DNA of 63,905 nucleotides, counting the filler, from Octopus bimaculoides (Eukaryota): assembly GCF_001194135.2 (NCBI RefSeq). It is 6 parts of 4 records of this genome, joined end to end, with 100 filler letters (N's around TTAATTAATTAA, not from the genome) between each part and the next. Parts side by side here need not be neighbours in the genome. Positions count along the whole stretch, not along the records: positions 1 to 29,777 come from NC_068985.1; positions 29,878 to 46,470 come from NC_068985.1; 4 more parts are not named here. One strand, given 5' to 3'. Below, piece by piece: positions 24,704-38,082 of this stretch. Below the pieces are notes generated by a model, which did no database searches, was not told the origin of the DNA, and saw nothing but the letters and a program-made list of their open reading frames with translations. Position 1 is the first letter of the stretch, and each line of letters begins with the position of its first letter. The translations under genes and the position numbers were made by a program.

Positions 24704-25798
24704 TATGTGTATATATATATATATATATATATCTATATATATNNNNNNNNNNNNNNNNNNNNNNNNNNNNNNNNNNNNNNNNNNNNNNNNNNNNNNNNNN
24801 NNNNNNNNNNNNNNNTATATATTTATATATATATACATATGTACATACATATATCATATTTTAACATGTATAAGGAACCCATTTTTGTCAAAAATTAGAT
24901 TAAAAACATATGGGAGTTTCTTATACATGGATAGTATTAGAATCCCTTATAAAACCTTTTATCCAAATTTTAAGCCCCAAAAGTTAGGGGTTCCTTATCC
25001 ACATTAAAAATACAGTATATATATTATATGAATATATCTATATATACTCATCATCATTGTCATCTAACATTCATGTTCCATGATGGCATGGGGGTGGACG
25101 TTTTACCAGGATCGAATGCATCTAAGGACTGCATCATACTCCAGTATTACTTTGGCGTGGTTTCTGTACCTTGATGCTCTGCCTAATGCCAACCACATGC
25201 TCGTATGTAGATGGAAATCTGGATACGCATCCATGCTTTTGCACAGTTATGCATATAAACTCACAAAGAAGGCCACCCTGTTGATGTAGTCTACATTCCA
25301 ATGAAGGAGTTTCCTTTCTTGGTTAGAAACCAGCTCTTTCTCCGTTGGTAAGAAATTTGCAAAATAAACTTGGGGAAAGCACACATACACACACACACAT
25401 ATATATATATGTCACAAACAGACTACGTAAAATATATACATGTAGTGAGAAAGTATAAACAATAGGCTTCCAAACCATTTGCTACATCTGCACTCTTTGT
25501 TGAGTTGCCAAAAAATAACAATGTCACCATTAATAAAAATAATAATAGAAAAATAAAAATAATAACAATAATAATAATTGGAATAATGGATAATAAGGGA
25601 CATGATAAAAATGAAAAACAAATAAATAATTATAAAAGATACTTTCCCCTCAGTTTTTTTTTTATTGTAGCTTTATGCTTCACATTCCACTCTCCATGCA
25701 CAGCTATCTGTATGTCTATCTTTCTGTCTATCAATATCCAACTGTCTGTCTGTCACTTTCTCTCTCTCTCTCTCTCTCTGTACACAGACATATATATG

Positions 25799-25829
<31 letters not shown>

Positions 25830-26424
25830 ATACGCATGTATGCATATATGTGCCTATATATATATATATGCGTGTGTGCATGTATATACATATATATATA
25901 TCTTGTTTTTCACATTGCTGTCATCATCGACACACATCATGTAACATTACTGCCAATAACTATTACGGCAAACATCAGTCACCTCCATCAAACCAACGAC
26001 CATATATAATTCATACTTTTGTATATGCATAGATGCACATAACCTATGCATACACACACACAACACGCACGTACACATATATCTACGTATGTATATACAC
26101 ACACATGCATATGTATATATATATATTGGCTGGAGTACACCATCTTTCTGTTACAGTTGCCATGTGATCTCATGTGAATATGTCTGTTTGCATATAAGAG
26201 TTAACCAGGAAGTACTTATGTATGAGCATACATTTGTATGTGTGTATGTGGATGCATAAATTGTCTTATGTGTCCGTGTAGGCATGCTTGTGTATGTGTA
26301 TACATATGTATATCAACACACATACATATACATACATAGAAAATATATATATACACACATACATAGGTGTGTATTTCTATGTGGGTAGTATGTATGGATG
26401 CCTGTGCAAACATGTGTGTATGTG

Positions 26425-26499
<75 letters not shown>

Positions 26500-26570
26500 A
26501 TGTGTATAGTTGTGTATTTCTATGTAGGTACTATGTATGGATGCCTGTACAAATGTGCGTGTGTATGTAT

Positions 26571-26656
<86 letters not shown>

Positions 26657-26870
26657 TCGGTAAATCATAAATCTGATAAAAAAGCACACTCTAAGTTATA
26701 GAGCAGTAGAGTATATAGATGAAAATAGATATGGCCGGTCTATGAGGTTAGCCAGGGTTTCACACCCATAAAGCACTTATCTTTACAGTATTTCTTCAAA
26801 CCATAGGTCTATGGCCTCTCTAGAAAATGTATGGAAAAATGACCTTGTTACTTTATGTCAACAACAGAGG

Positions 26871-27527
26871 ATTGACCCTGTTATCATGTGGATCCCAGGA
26901 CGCTAACAGGAATTTCTTGAAGTGCAAGCAGGGTCTGAAGACTTCCATCCTAGATGTTCCCTAAGGCAAGGGTGTCCTTTAATATCCTCATCCATTCAGC
27001 TACACACAATTTACAATGCTTGGTCCCAGTTATGTAGGAGCCTGGATTTTCTAGGATCTTCCATGAAATTTAGTGTGGAGTCTTCCTTCAGCTGCCAAAC
27101 ATGGCTGGCTAAGGACATAGCATATCTCCTTTTTGGAATCTGTGGTTGGAGAAGTGCTGCTTCAATGAGTTACCAGAACATCTGATGTATCTTCGTGTGT
27201 GGGTGTTGGTGATGTTGATGTTGATGTTGCTGCTACTGCTGTTGCTGGTGCTGGTGTCAGTGGTATTAGTGGTGATGGTGCTGGTGCTGGTATCAGTACC
27301 TTTAACACTAGCATGGGGAACATCATCGGTGGTGGCACTGCTGTTGGTGATGTTATGGCCCTCGTCGTTGGTGTTGTTGGAGTTGTTATCAGTGCTCTGA
27401 ATGTACGAGGATATTAAAGGATGACCTGGGAAACACCCCTAATGCCAGGACAGTAGTCTTCAGAACTTGCTTGCTCTTCAGGATATTCCTGTCGGTGTCC
27501 TGGGATCCACACGTTAACAGGGTCAAT
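26871..27527. repeat. About 130-bp inverted repeat pair around a 400-bp interior (foldback/MITE-like)
   Basis: 26871-26999 is the reverse complement of 27397-27527 (ttgaccctgtt..tggatcccaggac..cctttaatatcctc..cattcag). No TSD seen. Confidence 0.75.
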
Positions 27528-27939
27528 TATGGATAGGGGAGTCAGTCTCTCTCAGATAGGGGAGCCTGTTCTCTCTCAGTTATAGGGTCCACTTTAGACC
27601 TTTAGATTTGCAAGTTATGAGGACCAGTGAAGGTGCCACTAAAAAGGCACCCTCTGCACGCTGTAGAGTGGCATTAGGAGGAGTATCCAGCCATAGAAAA
27701 TATGCCAAAGCAGGGACTGGAACCTGACACAATTCTTTGGCTCATCACATCCTACCAAATTGTCAAACTTAAGGCAGCAGGCCTGGGATTAACAGTTATT
27801 AACATATTACTTAACATATACATACTCATACAAGACCCGCATTAGACTCCTCACTCAATATCGAACTCTATCAGTTTAACTATGGTCCTTCCACTTACAT
27901 GGCATCACCTACCACCTTGGGTCTTCTGGATACCAATAC

Positions 27940-27970
<31 letters not shown>

Positions 27971-27979
27971 GTGTATCTT

Positions 27980-28064
<85 letters not shown>

Positions 28065-28477
28065 GTACATTATATTTCATATTATCGAACTTATGTGGTC
28101 ATACCTAGGTGTGTACTTGTGTGTGCATCTGTGAATGAGAGAACATATTTCTAGACCTGTGAAACAATTTTCAGGTAGCAGTCCCAAGAGAGAACATACA
28201 TGCTAGAATTATGTTCAAATAAGGCTAGAATTACACTCTTAGAGCTAAATTCATATATTAATAATGCATAACAAAAAATTTATGTAATTAAATCCATAGC
28301 ATGAATTTATGCAGTTATTCTGGAGAATCTCAATGATCCCCACTAGGTCAGGCAGAGAGAGTCGCAAAGAACAATAGCCTCATATTAATTCATATGCTCT
28401 ATAATTTCTTGCATAACACACACACATATATACACATATATAGGTACATATACACATTCAACTATTTTGTGTGTATG

Positions 28478-28630
28478 CAACGGGCTTCTTTCAGTTTTCA
28501 TCTATCAAATCTATTCATAAGGTCTTGATCTTCCTGAAGTTATAGTAGAAGATACTTGCTTAAAGTGCCATGCAGTGGGATTGAACTCAGAAACACATGG
28601 CTGGAAAGTGAAGATCTTAATCATACAACC
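28478..28630 (-). mobile_element. SINE family B 5' part
   Basis: gggcttctttcagtttt...gtgccatgcagtgggattgaactc. Confidence 0.75.
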
Positions 28631-28747
28631 TTTTTTTTAAAATTATTTTTTTGCCTCTACCCATGCAGTCACTGACCTAATAAAATAGAAACATTGTGGT
28701 TCGTAAATCTCTCAACAAGAGACATTCAGTTGCAGCACTTTAAAGTA

Positions 28748-29091
28748 ACGATTATTTGCCAACCTAATGTGGCAGTCCCATTTTGGGGCAAATGCTATTG
28801 TTGTTTAACTGTGTGAGTCATTTAGAAAATTATATATATTTTCAAATGGGTGTTTAGCAGCACCATCTCAGCCGAAGAGTTATTCTGTGCTGACAAAGGC
28901 AAATAACCCTGAAACTGTATGGTTCACAGATACTACTTTGTGCTGGGTGGGGGTGCTAACCTCCCCTGTTCGAAAATATAAGGACACAAATCATGTGTCA
29001 TATAGACAGCTGGAGACAATGTCTCCTGGGGCTAAACAACAGCAGAATTCACCCCAAAATGGGACTGCCAGATTAGGTTGGCAAAAAATCG

Positions 29092-29092
<1 letters not shown>
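28748..29092. mobile_element. MITE with about 62-bp TIRs
   Basis: 28748-28809 (acgattatttgccaacctaatgtggcagtcccattttgggg...) is the reverse complement of 29031-29092. TSD ambiguous. Confidence 0.8.
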
Positions 29093-29122
<30 letters not shown>

Positions 29123-29150
29123 CTAGCAGAGGCACCCGGCATTGCTCGTG
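29123..29150 (-). mobile_element. Putative Helitron 3' terminus (degenerate hairpin)
   Basis: The minus strand ends ...gccgggtgcctctgCTAG|T next to (TA)n; the hairpin is imperfect. Confidence 0.4.
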
Positions 29151-31082
29151 AATGAAATTGTTGCTTATATACGTGAAGAAAAAAAGGCAAAATATGCTGT
29201 ATAGAAATTTGAGGACATTCTGTAGATGGACTCTCAGATGAATGATGGCTGGCGCCTCTCATGAATGGGGAAAATTGAAGATGTGCCAAAAAGCCTCATT
29301 GGTACTTAGAAACTTTTACGAAAATTAAAATGGGGATTAAATGAAAAAAATGATTTACGTGAATATCCTCAGAAGAGTAATTGAAATAAATGGCGATTGT
29401 GGAACCCCCACGAGCGCGCGCGCATACACACGTGTGTCTATGTAGATATGTTTGTATACATTTATGTATGTGTGTTTGTAAGAGACAGAGTGTGAGTGAG
29501 AGAGAGAGGTTTGTTGTCATGTATACGTACATGCATGAATATACATACATCTTTGGATGTATGCATATGACAACACAGCCCTTGACTCACTCACACTCTG
29601 TCTCTTACAAACACGCACGCGCGCGCATACACACGTGTGTCTTTGTAAATATGTTTGTATACATTTATGTATGTGTGTGTTTGTAAGAGACAAAGTGTGA
29701 GTGAGTCAAGGGGTGTGTGTGTACATGTGTATGTGTGTGAGACAGAGTGAGAGAGCAGTGTGTATGTAGTATTTACTNNNNNNNNNNNNNNNNNNNNNNN
29801 NNNNNNNNNNNNNNNNNNNNNTTAATTAATTAANNNNNNNNNNNNNNNNNNNNNNNNNNNNNNNNNNNNNNNNNNNNATGTAATGTATGTATGTACGTAC
29901 GTACGTATGTATGTATGTATGTATGTATGTATGTATGTATGCATCCATCTATAAGTGTCTAAGCGTAGAAGGCTCAGTCAATTAAACCACTCGGCGAACG
30001 GAAAGCTCCTAAATTCAACACTTAGTAATTCGTAGGTATGATCTTAGAAAAATTAGGAAGGAGGGTCTCTAATAAAAATCCTGTAATTGGAATAGTTTCA
30101 AGCCACTTTCTTCTTCTTCGAGCCTGGACGTTTAATTATGGGTAATTACAGAGTTGCATGCATGATATATGCAACAAGCGTATATCGCAATAATTCATTG
30201 ATGTACATTTATGAGACCGCTATCATCTGACGAAATAAAGCAATTACGAACTATATACGCATGCATGTATTTATATATGTATGTGCATATACATACTTGC
30301 ATGAATGAATGTATATATATATATGAATGTATTTGCATATGTGTATGTATGTGTGTGCGTGTGCGTGTGTATGTGCGTTTCATATATATATTTGAAAAAC
30401 CTACAAGACTAGGTGAAAAGCGCTTCATTTAATATGTGACATTAATAAAAATCTGTAAATGTACAAACATCCAGGTTTCTGAGTACCTTAATTAAAATTT
30501 TTTTCTATATTATTTCTGTACGTCACCTCCAAACCTTCAAATATATATATATTCACCAAATCGTTTTTATGTTCCTCTGGATGAATCCTCACTAACTACT
30601 ATGCTTAACTATAGTCTCTCTCCCACTCTCTTTCTATCTCTCTCTCTCTCACACACACACGCGCACACACATACGCGCGCGCGCACACACACACGCNNNN
30701 NNNNNNNNNNNNNNNNNNNNNNNNNNNNNNNNNNNNNNNNNNNNNNNCCTTAATTAAAATTTTTTTATATATTTATATATATATATATATATATAATATA
30801 TATATATTCACCAAATCGTTTTTATGTTCCTCTGGATGAATCCTCACTAACTACTATGCTTAACTATAGTCTCTCTCCCACTCTCTTTCTATCTCTCTCT
30901 CTCTCACACACACACGCGCACACACATACGCGCGCGCGCACACACACACGCTCATTCTTTTCCTTGAAAAAGTGCCTATATATATATATATATGCATGTA
31001 TGTGCGTGCGCATGTGTATTATTGAGTGTATGTAGATAGTCACTTCTACCCAAAACCGAAAACACACACACACAGGCAGACA

Positions 31083-31118
<36 letters not shown>

Positions 31119-31859
31119 AACAAGATTAACAAAACACTAGCAATTGATTTTTGTAGCTGAATTCCACTCATTCCTGAAAGCTAAGTGTAAATATATATAT
31201 ATATACATATATAAATATATACACACATATATAGAGATAAATAATAATATATATGTGTGTGTGTGTGTTGGTATGTATTTATATCATTCTTGTATATAAT
31301 CGTGCATAAACATGTAGATATATCAATTTATAAGCAGTATATTAACATCCGATTGTATGTATATACATACATACATATGTGTATGTGTGTGTGTGTGTGG
31401 ATATATAGATATGTATAAATATATATATATATCAATGTATAAATAGATAGATAAAACGCTTGAATGAATCTATGCGGATATGAGTAGTCAGGAATGTCTT
31501 GTACATTATTTTTCGTTGAGAAGAGATATGAAGGGGTGAATAAGACATTGTACTGCTGTCTTACGTACATAATGTGAGTTCATATTCACTAGATATCCGT
31601 TACATGTCCACTTATCTTCTTTCTTTATTTATATATTTATTCATTTATTAATAGCTTAGTCAGAAGCGAGACGGCGGTGCCCTCGACCCTTTTCAAGGTT
31701 TGTGAACCTGATAGAAGAAAGGGAGGGAGAGGCAGTCGGAGGGAATTATCCTCAAATCGAAGACCTGGTTCGAATCAATACAACAGACTTCTCTCCTATA
31801 AAGGCACTCAAGTGATAGTTGTGAGATCTTTGTTTCACTTGACAGGAGCCTTGATTTTT

Positions 31860-32105
31860 CTTTACTTGTTTCAGTCATTTGACTATGACCATGCTGGAGT
31901 ACCGCCTTGAAGGGTTTAAGTGGAATAAATCAACCCTAGGACTTACTCTTTTTGGAAGCCTAGGCCATGCTCATTTTCAAGGCTTTGGTCTGCCCAAGGC
32001 TGTAGTTAGAAGACACTTACCCAATGTGCCACGCAATAGGTATGAACCTGGAATCATGCAGTTTGGAAGCAAGCTTCTTACCACACAGCCACGCCTGCGC
32101 CTATA
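31860..32105 (-). mobile_element. SINE family B with internal deletion
   Basis: Head accacacagccacgcctgcgcc and tail gactatgaccatgctggagtaccgcc are present; the middle is missing. Confidence 0.75.
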
Positions 32106-32696
32106 TTTACAATGGCTTCTCTCGCATGAGGTGATTTTGAATAGACCACTGCTTTTCAGATTGACAAATACCAGACCGCACTGCCAAACTGACATATTAC
32201 GGAATATCTTTGTCTTTCTCCTTATTAAAGAGAGGACAAAAATAGTTTGTAGCCTTGTAATACTTCATTCTTTGCTACAGTGATGGATTTACTTAAAAAA
32301 TAAATGTCTAAAATTATTGCTTTTGCATTTGGTACGCAAGATTCTTGATGCAGATTCTTATGTTGAAACAGATTTTGCTGTATCTTGAACGGGTCATTAT
32401 GCCAATAATAAACACACGCACTGGCTCAATCTTCTTTTATTATTATTATTATTATTTGTCAACCATTTAATAAATTAACAATTAAACTAATCGACTCGTT
32501 GATCAATCGTCGGCCAACCAATAAATCTGCTAGATTCGTCAAAGTCCTTTCATTGTCATTCTTGTCCTCATCAATGGCATGCACTTGACAATTTGTCCAA
32601 CCCTCATTTTTGTCATTCTCTTGGACCATAAACACCAGTTATAAGAAACACTAGAGTAGATGACGTGAATTATAACGATAATTGAAAATATATAAA

Positions 32697-32859
32697 GGTG
32701 CAGACTTGGTAAGAAATTTGCTTCCTAACCAAATGGTTCCAGTTCAGCCTTGCTGCGTGGCACCTTGGGCAAGTGTCTTCTCCTATAGCCTCCAGCCGAC
32801 CAAAGCCTTGTAAGTGGATCTGGTAGAGAGAAGCTGAAAGAATTCCGTCTTGTGTGTGT

Positions 32860-32908
<49 letters not shown>

Positions 32909-33200
32909 GTTTGTATGTATGTATGCATATAAAATTAATATGAACAGCAGTTTGCGATGTTTCACCCCAGTCGCGTATATATGTGTGTTTGTCCCCGCTC
33001 CACCGCTTGACTACCGTTCTTGGTGTGTTTATGTCCCCGTAACTTAGTGGTTGGGTAAAACAAAAACCGTTAGAATAAGTACCACGTTTAAAAAAAAATA
33101 ATAAGTACTGGGGTCGATTCGTTCAACTAAAATTCTTCAGTTCTAAAATGCTCCAGCATGGCCGCAGTCTAATGATTGAAACAAATAAAGGATTAAAAAT
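32697..33200 (+). mobile_element. SINE family B, full length with expanded (TA)n
   Basis: gcgtggcaccttgggcaagtgtcttc core and gctccagcatggccgcagtc tail. Confidence 0.9.
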
Positions 33201-33813
33201 AAAAGATAAAACACGGGAAACCAGTGCGCCCGTCTTGGCCAGGTGTGTATCAGCTAAAATCGTACACGCATAGTGGTCATGGTAGTATTTAATATGGCAG
33301 ATTTTCAATACGAGCGTAAAATTAGGCATGGCAGACGTAGCTACAAATGTGAAGCATTCCTATAATTTATTCCCCGCGTACGTTTCACCATTGTGGCCAT
33401 TTGTATTCTCTGCAGTGGCTATTTGTATTCTCTTGACTTACCGTCTCTAAAACTACAATATCCACTAGATGAATCTATTGATTCCCTACTTACAATTAAA
33501 GCATTAGGGCACGAATGATATTGAAGCTATAAATATTCAGATTTTATAAATGTAATTGGATACTAAACCACAACAGTTCTTCAGGAAGATGCTTTATTGC
33601 TATGCGTTTTTGTTTCAGCATCCAATGGCACTTGGAACGCCATCTGTAGAGAAAATAAATAATCTTTATGGTGAAACGTACACAGAGAACAAATGATATG
33701 AACTGCATCTTGTGTTTATCATACTCCCCCCCACTACATTTGCTCTCTTTATCATAACCGATAAAACTGTTCAGTGCAGCAGTAACTGACTCGCATTAGT
33801 AGGAGTAGCCTAA

Positions 33814-34030
33814 AGGCAGCGAGATGGCAGAGTCGTTAGAACGTCGGAATAAATGCTTAGCGGCATTTCGTCTGTCTGCACTTTCTGAGTTCAAGTTCCA
33901 CCAAGGTCGACTTTACATTCCATCTTTTCGGAGTCGATAAAATAAGTACCAGTTGAGTACTAGGGTCGATTACATCGACTGTCCTCTTCCCCCAAACTCC
34001 AGGCCTTGTGCCTATAGCAGAAAGAATTTT
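33814..34030 (+). mobile_element. SINE family A, full length
   Basis: ggcagcgagatggcagagtcgttag...gaggtcgac-type head, ggtcgat and ccttgtgcctatag tail. Confidence 0.9.
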
Positions 34031-34113
34031 TAGAATTATGATACTTTACGTGGTGTTCTAAACTCACCAACAGCGGTCGTACATCTAACTGCACACCACA
34101 GAAACACTATATA

Positions 34114-34587
34114 CAGGGTGTCCCAGAATTAATTATCTATTAAAAAAAAAAAGTTTATAGAATTTTTATATTTATTAATTATGCTACAAAGACAAATAGA
34201 TTAATAAATCTTATGTGAAAACTTTACATAAAATTTTCAACATGTGCTCCGCTTGTATCCTTCGAAATCAATCCTTAGAATTGCAAAACACATTTTGAAG
34301 CATTTCAAGAGTTGTCACCTGTACTGCTAACTGAATGTGTTCTTTAAGTTCAATTAAACCATTGTTCCATTCTGGGGATGGAGACAAAGAAAATGATCGC
34401 AGCCAAATTAAAAAAAGCTGTCTCATGGACAGATGCGGATTCCAATTGGAATGAAAATTCTAAAATTATAAACAAAATTCAAAATTTATACATTTTTAAC
34501 ATATACTAAACGTGATAAGCGTAAATAAAAGTGAGTTTTAAAAAAATCGTCCAAATTCACTGAAATAGCTAATTTTGGGACACCCTA
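34114..34587 (-). mobile_element. Internally deleted mariner-like (rosa/maT-type) DNA transposon
   Basis: TA|CAGGGTGTCCCAGAATTA ... TAATTTTGGGACACCCTA|TA. The minus strand retains a transposase C-terminus (ELKEHIQLAV..TLEMLQNVF...GAHVENFM*). Confidence 0.8.
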
Positions 34588-35524
34588 TATAAATAAATGA
34601 ATAAATAAATAAATATATATGTGTGTGTGTGTGTGTGTGTGTATCTACACATATATACCATCGTGCCTAGAAGGACGAAAAACGAAGTTAACCTCTGTAA
34701 GATTTATTTGAACTTGTCGTGACTGGTAACTGCCAACCATTTTCATAGCACTTTATTGCTTTTACCACTCAATCATCTTCCGTCTCAGTGTTGATAATAA
34801 TGAATACTATGGTCTAAATTTAGGGAAATGTACTGAAGTCAATTTAACTGAGCCCTGTATTTGCTACCCTTTTGCAATTTTGCTGTTCTCTCATCTAGTG
34901 TTTATAGTAATATAAAAATATAACAAGTAGCCATTTATCATTGATATACATTAAACGTGATAATGACAACAATTTCTTCCATAAGTGGATGATAATTCAT
35001 AAGCAGACGATATTTTTTGACAGACAGCCACCGCCAAACAGTATGGCTTCTACAAACGGCTGGAGACACGTAGTTCAACAGGCGTAGTGGTGGACAGCAA
35101 TGCTAAAATTATAAGTATAGTGACATTAAAAATCTTTAAATGAAACAGAAGTAGTTTGGCCTGAGTGTTTGTTTATTTTGATACAGAGGTCAAAGAAAGA
35201 TTTGGATCTCTGAAGGTCAATGAGTTTAAGAGTGGAGGAAAGGATAAGAAAATGATATAGTAAAAACAAAGAATAAAGACGAAAAAACAAATAAGATAGG
35301 AGATCTAACAGAAAGAGAATAAACTTCAATCAAATATATGCTTACAGGAAGAGTTATAAGTGAGATTGGGTGGCCAGCATCATGTTTGTTCTACTGGAAA
35401 TGAAACCCCTACTTTAGCACAATTTCCAGACTGACAGTCTAAGGTTTTAATCCCCCGCCGGAATGTTGTATACAAACATCCTTACACTTGACAGACGCAT
35501 CTAGTTTATTGACAATCTACCGTA

Positions 35525-35576
<52 letters not shown>

Positions 35577-36394
35577 TATGTATGTATGTATGTACGTATG
35601 TATGTATGTACGTATGTATGTATGTGTGTATGTATATATGTCTTTGTAATGGTGTTTGAATATATGTATTCGCGTGAGTGTGAGGGAGAGAAAACTACGT
35701 TTTGTTGTTGATAATCTTTTACTTAAACTCCATCATACTTGTACATCAATCCATCAGTAAAAAACAAAACTGTAATTGGATGTGTCTTTTTTAATGAGAG
35801 ACCGTGGATCTAACGTGGTCTTTGACAGAACAAACTCAAACTGACGAAGATATATTCGCAGTAAGGTATCTTAAAATCTTAAAGTACGCTCGTGTGAAAT
35901 ATTGATGGGTCAAACGCTCTTGTCCATATCTGACAATTAAGATTATTGTTGGCACCATAATACATAAAAATGTCTACAGAATGGCCTCCATAAATTTTGT
36001 TGGGAGGGAAATGTAGTGGATTTAACTGATATCAGTAGATAACTGGTACATATTCGAGTACAAGGGAGTCAAGAAAGGAACCTTTCTCATCAACACGGGA
36101 GTCACTCCACATTTGCTCGACTTGTTATAAATAACAGCAAAAATTTTTTTCCAGATGATGCCATATTATCTTAAAAAGTTGGAAGAAGACATCGAATAAT
36201 ATATTCTTTGAAACATTACGCCTGTAAGAAAAAATAAAATAAAAAAAAAAGAACGAGTGGTCACGGTTGAAATGTCTTTGATCATAGGTTTGGAGTGTCA
36301 GAGGTGGACTGGGGATAAAAAAAAGACGACGATGGCTTCCTGTGTTTGACTCCAGGGCATCGGATGAGGGGGTCAATTATGAAATAAGATAATT

Positions 36395-36575
36395 ATTTCC
36401 ACGCTAGGCATAAGACATGAAATTTGGAAGGAGGGCTATTTATTTCATCGACCCCGAGAAAATGAAACGCGCAGTCAGTCAACTTCGGCGGAATTTGAAC
36501 TCAGAGCGTAAAGACGAACAAAATACTGTTAACCATTTTTGTCTGTCATGCTAACGAGTCTACCAGTTCGCCAAC
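36395..36575 (-). mobile_element. SINE family A
   Basis: cttcggcggaatttgaactcagagcgtaaagacg...gctaacgagtctaccagttcgcc. Confidence 0.8.
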
Positions 36576-36712
36576 TTGTTATGCATTAGTCGACAATTTA
36601 AAATAATGTCAGAGGAAAATTTTTTCAAGAGTTGCCATCAGTATGAAAAGCATAACTAACATGACATCTAAAAGAAAACAATTCCCAAAGCAATTTATCA
36701 GCATTATTAATA

Positions 36713-36739
36713 CTAGCGGGACCCGTGAATATTTCACGG
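36713..36739 (-). mobile_element. Helitron 3' terminus
   Basis: Perfect hairpin CCGTGAA-tat-TTCACGG (36723-36739), a 6-nt spacer, then CTAG followed by T on the minus strand. This is the canonical Helitron end; the 5' end was not located. Confidence 0.6.
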
Positions 36740-37277
36740 AAGTAATGGTAAACTTACTGGGTTATTTCTGAAAACTTTATCCCCAAAACCTGAAAGCGTG
36801 GCCTGTGTAGTGTTTGTATCAAAAGATCGTCGCTCATCTGATAATCATTGAAAAGTGAAAGAAACTGGAATACGATGATTACTTAATGCACTTTAAGTAT
36901 ATACTTTATGCACAATTTTATAGACTTAATACACAGCATTCTCCCTTTTTCTCTCTTGCTCTTCGCTTCACCATCTTTTTCTCTCTCCTTTCTCTTTCTC
37001 TCTTCACCTTACCCTTCAACTAATCACATGAAAGCATTACAGTTGGGTTAAGTAACGGAGAAAAAAGAAACTTAGTTAAAAAAAATTACACATTTCACAC
37101 CCCACAACCTATACCTCACCCTCTTCTCCCATCCCTTCTCCCTCCCTCCCCCTTCAACAAATCCTGTGGAAGCGTTACGGCCGGGCCAACTGAAGATTCG
37201 GCTGTTTTACCTTCTCTGGAAGCGGAAATAACTTCAATCCATCAAGAAATTTTCTTGTATGGTATTTAATATATTCC

Positions 37278-37416
<139 letters not shown>

Positions 37417-38082
37417 AATTGAACTTAGAACGCAAAGAATGGGAACGAGAGATATGGAGTACATTCCGGAAAGTTAAGTTGTGTCTGCCATTCGATCACA
37501 GAACATTCGCACTTGTGATTGTCTTTTATTTCATTCCTCACGTTGTTGTTCAACTCCAGCTGAGCTCAAAACGAACACATCTGCGCTTAAAGAGAAGCCA
37601 GTCGTACCAATCACCGCCTTTCCTTTCCTTTTTTTTTTCAAGCAGTGAATTGGCAGTCATAGAACAAAATATCTGGCTATATTTATTCTACTTTCGTGCA
37701 GTTTGCATTCAAACCACTCGAAGTCAAATTTACTTTTTATTCTTTCGGGGTCGATGAGTAAAGTACCAGTGTAGAGCGGTTGACTAGTAGAATCGTTAAA
37801 ATGTTAGATGGGATGCTTTGCGGTTTTTGATCCGCATCTAAGCGTTCTGAGTTAAAACCTTACCTTAACCTATAACTGTGGTCGCTCGTTTTAACACCAG
37901 CAATTAGCCCTTGGGTACCTTTAACAGAATCCACTCTATTGTAATCATTCGGCCGCATCCCCAATTTGAAAATACTTTACTTCTAATCTCCTACAGTTCT
38001 TGAAAACCCAGAGATAAGTTCTGGGTCCTATCCTTCTCTCGTAAATAAATAGTTTTAAAAAATGAGTAAAATAATCCTTGAT

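Noticed and set aside
26900-26945. CTGAAGA motifs in the inverted-repeat arms as a ribozyme or box C/D
   Set aside because: The required GAAA and stems are not in canonical register.
30487-30950. About 200-bp near-identical duplication across a gap
   Set aside because: The copies abut an N gap; typical unmerged contig overlap.
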